Under the pieces are notes generated by a model that ran no database searches, was not told where the DNA came from, and saw nothing but the letters and a program-made list of their open reading frames with translations. The position numbers and the translations under genes were made by a program. A stretch of DNA of 32,000 nucleotides from Mycobacterium leprae TN (GTDB lineage Bacteria > Actinomycetota > Actinomycetes > Mycobacteriales > Mycobacteriaceae), in the NCBI RefSeq assembly GCF_000195855.1, contig NC_002677.1, forward strand, positions 2,880,001 to 2,912,000, in the 5' to 3' direction. The first letter of the stretch is position 1. Each line of letters starts with the position of its first letter. This document shows, piece after piece, positions 19,985 to 30,116 of the stretch.

Positions 19985-19991
19985 TAGGAGG
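19985..19991 (+). promoter_or_regulatory. Shine-Dalgarno sequence of the SerB-like gene
   Basis: tttaggaggtttcgcgATG; AGGAGG core about 8 nt upstream of the ATG at 19999. Confidence 0.75.
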
Positions 19992-19998
19992 TTTCGCG

Positions 19999-20901
19999 AT
20001 GGCTTCCCCTGACCTGAGTAACGCATATAACGGTCGCATTGACCTGGGTTCCCTGGCCAACAACGCGAGCATCAACCGGGCGCTTAACGATATGCCCACA
20101 GCAGTGGACGACGCAGGGGTCCGCCCGCAACCACCGATCGACCTGACCGCAGCAGCATTTTTTGACGTCGACAACACGCTGGTGCAGGGCTCGTCGGCGG
20201 TGCACTTCGGTCGCGGGCTGGCCGCTCGCGACTATTTCACCTATCGCGATGTACTCGGATTCATCTACGCCCAGGCTAAATTTCAATTACTCGGAAAAGA
20301 AAATAGCCAGGACGTGGCAGCCGGCCAGCGCAAAGCGCTCGCGTTCATCGAAGGACGATCAGTCGAGCAGCTGGTAGCTCTGGGCGAGGAGATCTACGAT
20401 GAGATCATCGCTGATAAAATCTGGGCTGGCACCCGCCAGCTCACCCAGATACACCTTGATGCCGGCCAGCAGGTGTGGCTGATCACTGCCACGCCATACG
20501 AACTCGCTGCCACCATCGCACGTCGGCTCGGCCTGACCGGGGCATTGGGAACAGTCGCCGAGTCGGTAGACGGGATATTCACTGGCAGACTGGTAGATGA
20601 GCTCCTGCATGGAGTCGGGAAAGCACATGCAGTCCGATCGCTGGCGATCCGGGAGGGCCTCAATCTGAAGCGCTGCACCGCCTATTCCGACAGCTACAAC
20701 GACGTGCCCATGCTGTCGTTGGTGGGCACCGCGGTCGCCATCAACCCGGACGCCCAGCTACGCAGTCTGGCCCGTGAACGGGGCTGGGAGATCCGCGACT
20801 TTCGAACCGCTCGCAAGGCTGCCCGGATCGGGGTGCCGTCGGCCTTGGCGTTGGGCGGCGCGTTGGCAGCGGCCGTGTCGCGTCGCCGCGACCGCGAATA
20901 A
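19999..20901 (+). CDS. serB: HAD-superfamily phosphatase, SerB-like (HAD-IB)
   Basis: 300 aa; [20 protein letters not shown] motif [25 protein letters not shown] motif III/IV; matches Rv0505c position. Confidence 0.93.
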   Translation: MASPDLSNAYNGRIDLGSLANNASINRALNDMPTAVDDAGVRPQPPIDLTAAAFFDVDNTLVQGSSAVHFGRGLAARDYFTYRDVLGFIYAQAKFQLLGKENSQDVAAGQRKALAFIEGRSVEQLVALGEEIYDEIIADKIWAGTRQLTQIHLDAGQQVWLITATPYELAATIARRLGLTGALGTVAESVDGIFTGRLVDELLHGVGKAHAVRSLAIREGLNLKRCTAYSDSYNDVPMLSLVGTAVAINPDAQLRSLARERGWEIRDFRTARKAARIGVPSALALGGALAAAVSRRRDRE

Positions 20902-21004
20902 CCCGCGAGAAGCACAACGACCTCACCGAACCCAAGCATCGCAACGCCAATCATGCTGATAAACTGCGGCGTTAAGCCCAGAGTTGAGCGGAGAGCGCAG
21001 CGTC

Positions 21005-21505
21005 ATGACAGTTCCCTTAGAGGCCGAAGGACTAATCGGCAAGCATTACCGGCAGTTGGATCACTTCCAAGTTGGACGCGAGAAAATCCGTGAGTTCGCG
21101 ATCGCGGTTAAAGACGACCACCCAACCCACTACAACGAAACTGCAGCCTTCGAGGCCGGATACCCTGCACTAGTGGCTCCGCTAACCTTCCTGGCGATCG
21201 CTGGGCGACGCGTGCAGCTCGAGATTTTTACTAAATTCAACATCCCGATCAATGTCGCCCGGGTTTTCCATCGCGACCAAAAATTTCGCTTCTACCGCAC
21301 GATCCTGGCACAGGATAAGCTCTACTTCGACACCTACCTCGACTCGGTGATCGAGTCACATGGCACTGTGATCGCAGAAGTCCGCAGCGAGGTCACCGAT
21401 ACGGAGGGCAAGGCGGTCGTCACCAGTATTGTCACTATGCTGGGCGAATTGGCCCGTCAGGATGCTACCGCTGAAGAAACCGTCGCTGCAATCGCTTCTA
21501 TATGA
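21005..21505 (+). CDS. MaoC/hotdog-fold dehydratase-like protein (FAS-II HadA/HadC-like, Rv0504c-like)
   Basis: ORF 20984-21505; internal ATG at 21005 gives [45 protein letters not shown], the typical family N-terminus. Confidence 0.88.
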   Translation: MTVPLEAEGLIGKHYRQLDHFQVGREKIREFAIAVKDDHPTHYNETAAFEAGYPALVAPLTFLAIAGRRVQLEIFTKFNIPINVARVFHRDQKFRFYRTILAQDKLYFDTYLDSVIESHGTVIAEVRSEVTDTEGKAVVTSIVTMLGELARQDATAEETVAAIASI

Positions 21506-21515
21506 AAGGCGAATC

Positions 21516-22442
21516 ATGGTTCCGTCACAGAGCCATCCGGCCAAAACCCCTCGTAAACAGCTGAAACCACCGATCGAAGCCGTACAGTCGCATTACGACC
21601 GATCGAATGAGTTCTTCAAGCTGTGGCTCGATCCATCGATGACCTACAGCTGCGCATACTTTGAACGCCCCGACCTGACGCTGGAAGAGGCCCAGCGCGC
21701 TAAGCGTGACCTCGCCTTGAGCAAGCTTGGGCTAGAACCCGGTATGACTCTGCTCGACATCGGCTGCGGCTGGGGATCGACCATGCTGCACGCGATCGAA
21801 AAGTACGACGTTAATGTGATTGGCTTGACGCTGAGCGCGAATCAGCTCGCCCACAACAAGCTGAAGTTTGCCGAAATAGACCACACCCGAACAGACCGGA
21901 CCAAGGACGTACGGCTGCAAGGCTGGGAACAATTCGACGAACCGGTCGACCGCATCATCTCACTCGGCGCGTTCGAGCATTTTGCTGATGGCGCAGGCGA
22001 CGCCGGATTCGAACGCTACGACAGCTTCTTCAAGATGTGCTACGACGTGCTGCCCGACGATGGCAGGATGCTGCTGCACACAATCATCGTGCCTGATGCC
22101 AAGGAAACCAAGGAGCTGGGCTTGACGACGCCGATGAGCCTGCTCCGCTTCATCAAGTTCATCTTGACCGAGATCTTCCCTGGCGGTCGGCTGCCGAAGA
22201 TCTCGCAGGTCGACCACTATTCATCCAACGCTGGTTTCACGGTCGAGCGGTACCATCGGATCGGGTCCCACTATGTCCCGACGCTGAACGCCTGGGCCGC
22301 AGCGCTGGAAGCTCACAAGGACGAGGCCATCGCACTGCAGGGGCGGCAAATCTACGACACCTACATGCACTACCTGACGGGGTGTTCAGACCTATTCCGC
22401 GACCGTTACACCGACGTCTGCCAGTTCACCTTGGTCAAGTAG
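21516..22442 (+). CDS. cmaA2: Cyclopropane mycolic acid synthase CmaA2-like SAM methyltransferase
   Basis: ORF in track starts at 21429 but the likely ATG is 21516 ([49 protein letters not shown]...[19 protein letters not shown]), just after the stop of the previous gene. Confidence 0.95.
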   Translation: MVPSQSHPAKTPRKQLKPPIEAVQSHYDRSNEFFKLWLDPSMTYSCAYFERPDLTLEEAQRAKRDLALSKLGLEPGMTLLDIGCGWGSTMLHAIEKYDVNVIGLTLSANQLAHNKLKFAEIDHTRTDRTKDVRLQGWEQFDEPVDRIISLGAFEHFADGAGDAGFERYDSFFKMCYDVLPDDGRMLLHTIIVPDAKETKELGLTTPMSLLRFIKFILTEIFPGGRLPKISQVDHYSSNAGFTVERYHRIGSHYVPTLNAWAAALEAHKDEAIALQGRQIYDTYMHYLTGCSDLFRDRYTDVCQFTLVK

Positions 22443-22470
22443 CTACGCGACATACAATCGCGGCACATGC

Positions 22471-23583
22471 TTAGCCGAAGAAGATGTTCCGGCGACCAGC
22501 GAGCAACCTATAAAGCGTCTGCTGGATCGTCTCACGCACCTGATCGGTCAGCTCGAAGGTGACCATTGGGTCATCGGCGTCGGTGGCAGCATAGTCGGTG
22601 GTGTAAATTGGCTCCCCGAATGCAATGCGCCATTTCGACGGCAACGGCACCAAACCCGCCGGTCCAGCCAACGGGAACAGCGGCGTAACCGGGAAATACG
22701 GCACGCCGAACAGCCGCGCCAACAGCTTGACATCAGTCAGCATCGGGTAAATCTCTTCCGAGCCGACAATCGAGCACGGCACAATCGTCGCCTTGGTGCT
22801 TAACGCCGCCTTTACGAAGCCGCCACGACCAAACCTCTGCAACCGATAACGGTCCTGGAAGCGCTTGCCCAGACCCTTGTAGCCCTCCGGAAATACGGCA
22901 GTGAGCTCACCGGCGGCGAGCAAGCGGTGTGCGTCGGATGTGCAAGCCACGGTGTGCCCTGCCTTACGTACGGCTTCACCGACCACTGGCAAGTCGAACA
23001 CCATGTCGGCTACTAACAGCCGCAAGTCCCGTTGCGCTGGATGCTCGTCGTGCACCGCCAACGACAGCATCAATCCGTCGAACGGCAGCACACCGGCATG
23101 ATTGGCCACCACGAGCGCCCCACCGGTGCTCGGCAAGTTTTCGATACCGCTAACTTCGACTCGGAACCATGACTTGAAGAAAAACCGGAGGAAAGGCCGA
23201 ATGATCGCGTTGTTGAAGTGCGGATCGAACCCAAATTCGTCGACCGTGTAGTCGCCGGTCAACCGCTGCCGAAGGAACCCTGCAACAGCGGCAACATGCT
23301 GGGCAAGCTCACTAAGTGGTGCTTCAGTGGTTACCTCCCATAAATTGGTCGCACCCGTGGAACGCCGATGTTCATCGATTTCGCGGACGACTGCCGCGAT
23401 CTGCTCAGCTGATGCGCGACCGCGTAGATCAGAAAGTAACGAGGGATGTTGACGAGACCCGTCGACCCGATAACCGGCTCTCCGACGTGATGCTACCCGA
23501 CCCCTCTTGATATGCAACGGAATAACATTCGCTCTGGTTTCGCCCACCACAGTATCTACCTGACCCCACCCCACGGAATTCAA
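22471..23583 (-). CDS. PlsC-domain acyltransferase
   Basis: 370 aa; GALVVANHAGVLPFDGLML (HX4D-type NHAGVLPFD) and AVFPEGYKGLGK. Confidence 0.92.
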   Translation of the reverse strand: MNSVGWGQVDTVVGETRANVIPLHIKRGRVASRRRAGYRVDGSRQHPSLLSDLRGRASAEQIAAVVREIDEHRRSTGATNLWEVTTEAPLSELAQHVAAVAGFLRQRLTGDYTVDEFGFDPHFNNAIIRPFLRFFFKSWFRVEVSGIENLPSTGGALVVANHAGVLPFDGLMLSLAVHDEHPAQRDLRLLVADMVFDLPVVGEAVRKAGHTVACTSDAHRLLAAGELTAVFPEGYKGLGKRFQDRYRLQRFGRGGFVKAALSTKATIVPCSIVGSEEIYPMLTDVKLLARLFGVPYFPVTPLFPLAGPAGLVPLPSKWRIAFGEPIYTTDYAATDADDPMVTFELTDQVRETIQQTLYRLLAGRRNIFFG

Positions 23584-24674
23584 TTTCGGCTACTCCAGCG
23601 CTGCGCTAACGCTATGGCGCGACCCTCGAAGTAGCGTACCCGATGTAGGTCAATTATGGGAGTCAAACCTCGGCCGCGAACGTAGTCATCGAACGCCCCG
23701 GCCGTCGTCCACTTCGGGTGATAACCGAGTTCGGAACCCATCCTGGTGGTGTCCATGACCCGACCATAGCTCAGGTACTCAAACTGATCTCGAGTGATTT
23801 CGGTGTAGCGATTCACCCACCTTAGCAAATCAAGTGCCCAGACGCCGAAGCTGGGTATCGGCACCGCGATCCGGCCAGCCCGCCGAATAGCTTGCGAAAG
23901 CATCATAATGCCACTGGCGCCGATGTTGAAGGTGCCAGCCTTGCCGGTCATCGCCGCGCACTCCAGTGCGCCCAGCGCATCCTGTTCGTGAAGCAGCTGC
24001 AGCCGTGCATCACGGCCGCACATCGTCGGCACCAACGGCCCGGCCAGATACCGCGACAACGTGGTGTCCATCGCCGGGCCGATCATGTCAGCCAACCGCA
24101 GAATGGTTACCGCGATATCGGACCGGCGCCGGCCCAGCCCGCGTGCGTAACCCTCGATATCGAGGCTGTCCTTGGCGAAACCCTCACGGAAAGAACGCCA
24201 ACTACTGCTGTCCTCGGTGAACATCACCGGATCGCGGGAACCCGATCCGTAAACGGCCGAGGTCGACTTCAGCACGACACGACGCACGGTGGGCGCCTTC
24301 TGGCAGGCGGCGAATAGTTGCATCGCGCCCATCACATTGAGTTCCTTCAACGCCGCACTACCGCAGGAGCGCGGCGCATAGGACGCTGCGTCCGCGTGCA
24401 CGACCGTATCGACCTCGCCGTTGCGAATCACCTTGGCGATAAAGGGATTACGAATATCGGCGCGCACGAACTCGGCGTGCCCCATCCGACGCAGCATGTC
24501 CTTGCTGGGCGCAATCGCATCCACCGCGATGACCGCATTGATCAAAGGGTTTTGCGCCAACCGAGCAGTCAGATAGCCGCCGAGAAAGCGGCAAGCACCA
24601 GTAACCAGTACTACCTTGGGGTAGGGCACGACTCCGCCTGTTCCACCGCCATCCTGACCGCTCGAGGAATCCAC
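23580..24674 (-). CDS. galE2: NAD-dependent epimerase/dehydratase (GalE-like, extended SDR)
   Basis: 364 aa; VVLVTGACRFLGGYLTARL Rossmann motif and STSAVYGSGSRDPVMFTED. Confidence 0.9.
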   Translation of the reverse strand: MDSSSGQDGGGTGGVVPYPKVVLVTGACRFLGGYLTARLAQNPLINAVIAVDAIAPSKDMLRRMGHAEFVRADIRNPFIAKVIRNGEVDTVVHADAASYAPRSCGSAALKELNVMGAMQLFAACQKAPTVRRVVLKSTSAVYGSGSRDPVMFTEDSSSWRSFREGFAKDSLDIEGYARGLGRRRSDIAVTILRLADMIGPAMDTTLSRYLAGPLVPTMCGRDARLQLLHEQDALGALECAAMTGKAGTFNIGASGIMMLSQAIRRAGRIAVPIPSFGVWALDLLRWVNRYTEITRDQFEYLSYGRVMDTTRMGSELGYHPKWTTAGAFDDYVRGRGLTPIIDLHRVRYFEGRAIALAQRWSSRN

Positions 24675-24744
24675 TTGGTGAGCCTAAAGGCCAGAAGAAA
24701 CAGTGGCTCTACAACCGTATGAAAATCGGAACATGTAGCGGCGG

Positions 24745-24846
24745 CTACTTGCCAAGTTTTCTGCGCTGCACCCGGGTGCGGCGCAGCAACTTGCGATGCT
24801 TTTTCTTGGACATACGCTTGCGCCGTTTTTTGATTACTGAACCCAT
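24745..24846 (-). CDS. Small ribosomal protein bS22 (33-aa, COX24/AURKAIP1/mS38-like)
   Basis: [33 protein letters not shown], within the longer ORF 24745-24954; the extremely basic C-terminal motif is characteristic. Confidence 0.93.
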
Positions 24847-25088
24847 GAACTCCGCTATCCCGTGGCCGGCTTGGAAGAAAACGTCCTGGTCACTGTACCC
24901 GACTGGCCGGGTCGAACACCAAACCAGCGGCCGCGTGACCACGTACCAGGGCACGCTAGGTGCTCACAGTTTACATTGCCCACTGTGCCCCGGACTCGCT
25001 TGGTACTGCCTTGCGTTGGTGCGCAGCTGAACTTTCGACAATGCGTGCCGTGCAGCGGCGTGAGTAGGAGCAAAGGCAATGACCGAGG

Positions 25089-25349
25089 CTAGCCCACGTC
25101 GAAGTACGACGTCTCGAGCATGTCGTGGACAGCCTTGGCATGCACCCGGAAGGACCGCCCAACCCGAACCGCCGGCAATTCACCGTTGTGTACCAGCCGG
25201 TACACCGTCATCTTGGAGACCCGCATTAGCGTCGCCACCTCGGCCACGGTGAGAAATTGCGTGCGGGGCTGCTGGCCCTCGAACGAACCGGTGTCCCGCA
25301 CCGATTTGCCAGCTGAATCCCGCGCCGATGGCCCGTTAGTAGACGTCAT
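25089..25349 (-). CDS. Excisionase/MerR-type helix-turn-helix DNA-binding protein
   Basis: 86 aa; FLTVAEVATLMRVSKMTVYRLVHNGELPAVRVGRSFRVHAKAVHDML. Confidence 0.93.
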   Translation of the reverse strand: MTSTNGPSARDSAGKSVRDTGSFEGQQPRTQFLTVAEVATLMRVSKMTVYRLVHNGELPAVRVGRSFRVHAKAVHDMLETSYFDVG

Positions 25350-25489
25350 CGCAACCCAATCGTGTCAGGCACGCGCAATGCCAGCGGCTTCCCCTCCGCT
25401 GGCACCCACACGTGCATACAATAAAAGAGGATAGCGGTACTAGTGGGGTTACTGGTACTGATGGGGGAAATCAGTTCAAAAATCTTGAA

Positions 25490-26362
25490 TTATTCCGATG
25501 TAATTCTGAGCTGTTCAGACCGGATTTTAGCGGCCTGAACCGCTGCGTCGACCACCATCCGCAGTCCGCCACGTTCGAGTTCGCGCAGCGCAGCGGCAGT
25601 AGTACCACCAGGCGAGGTAATCGTGGCGCGTAGTTGCGCCGCCGGGACATCCACCTGCGCGCCCAGAGGCGCCACCTCGGCTGAATGCCGATCTTGATCC
25701 ATACGCTCCAGTAGCATTGCCGCGGACCCCGCCATGGTCTGCGCGGCCAGTTCGGTAGCCACCTGACGAGTCAGACCCACCGCGACGCCGGCATCCACCA
25801 GAGCTTCGACCAGCAAGAAGAAATATGCCGGGCCTGAACCCGATACCGCGGTAACCGCATCCATTTGCGACTCAGGAACCGTCAGAACGCCACCCACCGC
25901 GTCGAACATGGCCAAAACATCCTCGAACTGTTGTCCAGTAACGAAACGCCCCTTGGCCAACACGGTAACCCCCGCGCCCACCAACGCGGCTGCGTTCGGC
26001 ATGGCACGAACCACCGGCGTACCAGCCGGAAGCTTGGACTCGAGATAGGTGATCGTAACACCAGCAGCCACGGTGACTAACACTTGCTCAGCGCTGTCAT
26101 TCGCGACTGCGGCTGCCTGAACCAGGTCCCCCATCACTGACTCAACGTCGGTCGGCTTCACAGCGACAACGACAAACATTGCGTTCTCAACCGCGTCGGT
26201 TACTGACGTCACCAACACCGAGTAAGTGTCCGCTAGGTATCGGGCGCGATCAGGCATCCGTTCGGCCACCACCAGGTCTTTGACCTGCCTCCCCGCCCGC
26301 AGAAGCCCCGACAACAACGCTTCACCAATACTGCCACCACCGATGATCGCGATTCTTGCCAT
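25490..26362 (-). CDS. proC: Pyrroline-5-carboxylate reductase
   Basis: Start at internal ATG giving MARIAIIGGGSIGEALLSGLLRAG; AVSGSGPAYFFLLVEAL and ATITSPGGTTAAALRELERGG signature. Confidence 0.96.
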   Translation of the reverse strand: MARIAIIGGGSIGEALLSGLLRAGRQVKDLVVAERMPDRARYLADTYSVLVTSVTDAVENAMFVVVAVKPTDVESVMGDLVQAAAVANDSAEQVLVTVAAGVTITYLESKLPAGTPVVRAMPNAAALVGAGVTVLAKGRFVTGQQFEDVLAMFDAVGGVLTVPESQMDAVTAVSGSGPAYFFLLVEALVDAGVAVGLTRQVATELAAQTMAGSAAMLLERMDQDRHSAEVAPLGAQVDVPAAQLRATITSPGGTTAAALRELERGGLRMVVDAAVQAAKIRSEQLRITSE

Positions 26363-26703
26363 GCTGGAAAGCATCCCAGACAGCTCGGCTCGACCGTACT
26401 ACCGGGCAGAAGTACCAAACGCCAGGTAGCACAACTGCGCCACGACACGGACAACTTGGTCGACGACGATGTGATCCTGGTCGAACCCAGTACTGCCCAA
26501 TCTCCAAGCAGATGCAGATCACCCGCAGCCAGCCGTAAGTCGTCAAGCACCGACAAAAGGCGGTAAGTACGACGGCTGGCGCCCAGCCGATTCTGCCCAA
26601 GACCAATTTGTCACCAGCGCCGACAAATACTCCGCACATGAGGGAGGACAACGTGTCGGGAGCTACGCCACACGGGCGTGCCCACATCTGGATCACAGAC
26701 GGC

Positions 26704-26761
26704 CGCCCGGACGACCCGACCCTGGCGGGGGCCAAATCGCCAGGGTCGGGTCGTCCGGGCG
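26704..26761. repeat. Perfect 24-bp GC-rich inverted repeat with 10-nt loop
   Basis: cgcccggacgacccgaccctggcg (26704-26727), loop ggggccaaat, cgccagggtcgggtcgtccgggcg (26738-26761). Confidence 0.97.
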
Positions 26762-27134
26762 ACTACAAAGACTTCGCTATCACCAGCGACCCAATGCTCT
26801 AGCTCAGCGAAATTGACCATGGCATGCACCACTACGCGGTTTGTCTTGGGCAAGCTCGACATCGAACACGCTGGTCCGACAACCACAGAGAACTGGCCAA
26901 CACCGCGACCGGTTGCAATCCACTCGATTCGCCGCCCCATACGCTGCGCGCAGCGTTGGCACACAGTGCCAACATCACCCCAGCTGTACACCTTGAGCCC
27001 TATATTTGGGCCCTATGATCCAATGCTGGTTGAACTCACCTTCGTATACGCCTGCATCGACCTACCGCAGCGTCATTGCAGTAGTGAATAGTTCGTTCAT
27101 GGCGGTCATCAGAGGTCTCAATTAACAATGAACA

Positions 27135-27977
27135 TCACCGCAGCAGGTACGTGCGAGCGAATTGCAACGATTCGGTCAGCATGGTTTCACGCTCAGTTGC
27201 CGAACGCACGCTGGACGTGGACACTTCGAGCACCACGTGGCCGGCGAAGTCTGCACCGGCCAGCAACTGGCACACCGCAGCGGTAGGTTGCGTGCCACGG
27301 CCAGGCACCAGGTGCTCGTCGGCGGGCAACCCGCTGCCGTCACACAAGTGCAGGTGCACCAGCCCCGAACCCATACGCCGCACCATCTCCAGCGAGTCGG
27401 ACCCCGCGGTCGCTGTGTGCGACAGGTCCAGGGTGTAGTGCGCGTGATTGCCGGCCAACGGATCGAATGAGGGTGCGAACACCGAAATAGCCGGACCCGG
27501 ACCACCACCACGCTTGCGCATCCGTTCCCGCGACTGGTCGGCCCCGAAAAATCGGTCAGCCCGAAACGGGAACATATTTTCGACGGCGATCATCACATCG
27601 CTAGCTGCTTCCAGCTCGGCCACCTGGTCGCTGAATCCCTCGGCGTAACGTCGTTGCCAACGGAACGGCGGATGCACGACGACCGTCTGTGCACCCAATT
27701 GCTCGGCGGCTCGCACACTGCGTTCCAGTTTGGGTACTGGGTTGGCACCCCACACCCGTTGCGAGATCAGCAGACAGGGCGCATGCACAGATAGCACCGG
27801 CACGCGATAGCGTCGCGACAGCCCCTTGACAGCATCGATGTCCTGGCTGACCGATTCGCCCCATACCATCAGTTCGACCCCGTCGTAGCCAAGCTTAGCC
27901 GCATACTCGAATGCGGCCTCGGCCCTTAACGGGTACACGGAGGCCGTCGACAGACCGACTTTAATGACTGGGCGCAA
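27135..27977 (-). CDS. Sugar phosphate isomerase/epimerase-like TIM-barrel protein (Rv0498-like)
   Basis: 280 aa; AEAAFEYAAKLGYDGVELMVW, VLSVHAP, HAHYTLDLSHTATAG, GHVVLEVST. Confidence 0.88.
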   Translation of the reverse strand: MRPVIKVGLSTASVYPLRAEAAFEYAAKLGYDGVELMVWGESVSQDIDAVKGLSRRYRVPVLSVHAPCLLISQRVWGANPVPKLERSVRAAEQLGAQTVVVHPPFRWQRRYAEGFSDQVAELEAASDVMIAVENMFPFRADRFFGADQSRERMRKRGGGPGPAISVFAPSFDPLAGNHAHYTLDLSHTATAGSDSLEMVRRMGSGLVHLHLCDGSGLPADEHLVPGRGTQPTAAVCQLLAGADFAGHVVLEVSTSSVRSATERETMLTESLQFARTYLLR

Positions 27978-28007
27978 AGGTCTACGGTGGTTTCGAGGAG
28001 CTTGAGC

Positions 28008-29075
28008 CTAGCCCGATTGCAAGGACAACGCTAACGGTCCCAGGGTGATCAGCGCACCCACCACAACCGCGATTAGCGTACTGGCGATGTCCTCAGTTCT
28101 GCGAACTACCCGCACCCCGACCACCAAGCCGAGAATCACCAACACCGATAATACCAGCGCCACGATGCTGTTCCAACGCCACAGCTGGTCGAAGGCAACG
28201 AACAACCCGGCACCGAACACCACCGCCAGAATCGACTGCAGCACAATCAAGCTACCGCGCCACAGTGCTTCGAATCTGCTTTGCCAGCCGCGGGCAGGCG
28301 AGGTTATACCAGCAAGATCGGTATGCAGGTCGAGATGGTCTTCGTCGAGGTCTATTCCGACAGCCAGCAACCCCCCTGCGGCGTGTTCATCGCCGCGCCG
28401 TTCAGCTAGCTCATTGGTGAGGGTATGCCCGCTGAACAGAGCCCCCGCTGACATTTGCAGGTTGTAACGCGCGTACGCTGACTCTTCCGCCACTAATTCA
28501 GCCGCACGCACCTCAGAGCCCATCACGTCCACCGGAATGTCGGCGAAAGGCTCCACTGGATCGGGGCTCATCCCCTCGGCATCGGATTGCTTCTGCGCAA
28601 TGCTGTCCGGAGCAACCGGGTGCCGTACGTCGCCGAGGTGAGGCAACGGACGCGAGCAAGCACTCCGTTGCAATCCCGTCCTGAGATGGGTTAGTGGCGG
28701 CGACTTAGGCCAACGCGGCTCAGGTGCGGACCAACAGCCGGGCGGGACATGGCCGTGGTCGTCGACCGGTGGTTCAGCGACGATGCCTTCACAGACCGGT
28801 TCTAGCGGAGATTGGGCGGCCGGCTCGACAACCCGGACTCCTATGTTCGCCCGATGAGCATGGGTGGCTGCCAGATGCTGCTCGTCAGCGTGATCATCAT
28901 GAATGATCGGAATATCGCAGGTCAACTCCGCGACCGTGACCGCGTCGCTGTCAGTACGCCGACGCCGACGGCGGCTGACCGCGGGAGCACCAATGGTTCC
29001 ATTCCTAGCCAGCAATTCGGCCACCGAGATCGGCCGGGCGTGGGGGCTCTCGGTGTCGTTGTGTGGTCCGGTCAT
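28008..29075 (-). CDS. Conserved membrane protein (Rv0497-like) with N-terminal cytoplasmic low-complexity region and C-terminal TM segments
   Basis: 355 aa; [36 protein letters not shown]-terminal [24 protein letters not shown]...[17 protein letters not shown]. Confidence 0.88.
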   Translation of the reverse strand: MTGPHNDTESPHARPISVAELLARNGTIGAPAVSRRRRRRTDSDAVTVAELTCDIPIIHDDHADEQHLAATHAHRANIGVRVVEPAAQSPLEPVCEGIVAEPPVDDHGHVPPGCWSAPEPRWPKSPPLTHLRTGLQRSACSRPLPHLGDVRHPVAPDSIAQKQSDAEGMSPDPVEPFADIPVDVMGSEVRAAELVAEESAYARYNLQMSAGALFSGHTLTNELAERRGDEHAAGGLLAVGIDLDEDHLDLHTDLAGITSPARGWQSRFEALWRGSLIVLQSILAVVFGAGLFVAFDQLWRWNSIVALVLSVLVILGLVVGVRVVRRTEDIASTLIAVVVGALITLGPLALSLQSG

Positions 29076-30091
29076 GTTTTGTCGCCTCTCGATCGGTTAG
29101 CTGCGTTCCGATCAACCTCTTGGCCTCTAGTATCCCGCACCGAGGTCTGCACGAGTGCGGTTCCATCGGCTTCGCTGTCGAGTTTGCGTAAGATGAGGCC
29201 TTCCCGTAATGCCCACGGGCAGATATCCACCGTTTCTATCGACAGCGCTCGCATACTTGCTTCGGCCACCAAAGCGCCCGCTACGATTTGCGGCGCCCTC
29301 TCGGTACTTATCCCTTCTAATTCGGCACGATCAGACGCCGTCATCCTAGAGATAAACGCGATGAGTTGTCGCAGGCCGTTGACCGTTAGTGCGCGCTTCG
29401 CCCGTGGTCCCGCCGCCGACGGTGCCGCACCAGTAAGCCTAGCCAGCGAACGAAACGTCTTCGACGTTGCTACCGCGAGATCGGGTTTGCCGGCTTCCAA
29501 AACGGTCACGCTGGCATCCGACAGCTCGGAATCCAGCCAGTCACGCAGCATCGCCACCCGACGCCGACCGGGCGGATCATCTGGCAACCACTCGCGGGTT
29601 AACCGTCCGGCACCAAGCGGCAGTGATAACGCGACCTCGGGCTCCTCATCGACACCGTTTGACAACTCCAACGAGCCGCCGCCAATGTCGAGGTTGATGA
29701 TTCGCCCCGCGCTCCACCCAAACCACCGCCGCACCGCCAGAAAGGTCAGTCGCGACTCATCGACGCCACGTAGCACCTGCAACCGGACACCGGTTTCCTT
29801 ACGCACCCGAGACAGCACGTCGTCGGAATTTCCCGCCTCGCGAACCGCGGACGTAGCGAAGGCCATCAGCTCAGCGCAGCCGGAACTGACAGCAATCTTA
29901 GCGAATTCGCCGATTGTGGAAACTAGCTTGTCGGCAGCGCGCTTAGTGATTTTACCCGAGCTGTCCGTGGCTTCGACCATTCGCAACGTAGCCTTCGTCG
30001 AACTCATTGGTGTCGGATGTCCGCCGCGATAAGCATCAACCACAAGCAGATGAACCGTGTTGCTACCAACGTCAAGCACGCCCAATCGCAC
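29072..30091 (-). CDS. Exopolyphosphatase/guanosine pentaphosphatase-family protein (Ppx/GppA)
   Basis: Likely GTG start at 30091 gives (V)[23 protein letters not shown]; [25 protein letters not shown]. The upstream part of the track ORF is unlikely to be translated. Confidence 0.92.
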   Translation of the reverse strand: MRLGVLDVGSNTVHLLVVDAYRGGHPTPMSSTKATLRMVEATDSSGKITKRAADKLVSTIGEFAKIAVSSGCAELMAFATSAVREAGNSDDVLSRVRKETGVRLQVLRGVDESRLTFLAVRRWFGWSAGRIINLDIGGGSLELSNGVDEEPEVALSLPLGAGRLTREWLPDDPPGRRRVAMLRDWLDSELSDASVTVLEAGKPDLAVATSKTFRSLARLTGAAPSAAGPRAKRALTVNGLRQLIAFISRMTASDRAELEGISTERAPQIVAGALVAEASMRALSIETVDICPWALREGLILRKLDSEADGTALVQTSVRDTRGQEVDRNAANRSRGDKT

Positions 30092-30116
30092 AGAACACCA
30101 ACCTAGCCGGGCAACG

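Noticed and set aside
21429-21515. N-terminal extension of the CmaA2 ORF
   Set aside because: It overlaps the end of the preceding gene in another frame; the ATG at 21516 matches the expected start.
22548-23153. Several small ORFs in and opposite the PlsC-domain acyltransferase gene
   Set aside because: Low-complexity Arg/Ser/Pro translations; the 370-aa ORF explains the region.
24855-25183. Small overlapping ORFs (24855-25079 -, 24971-25183 -, 24862-25092 +) between bS22 and the HTH gene
   Set aside because: None has a recognisable family or extends beyond chance length; only the bS22 frame and the HTH gene are supported.
28812-30032. 406-aa ORF on + strand antisense to the Rv0497-like and Ppx/GppA-like genes
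   Set aside because: Composition is Ser/Arg/Pro-rich with no recognisable domain, and the - strand frame is a clearly conserved protein; a typical shadow ORF in GC-rich DNA.
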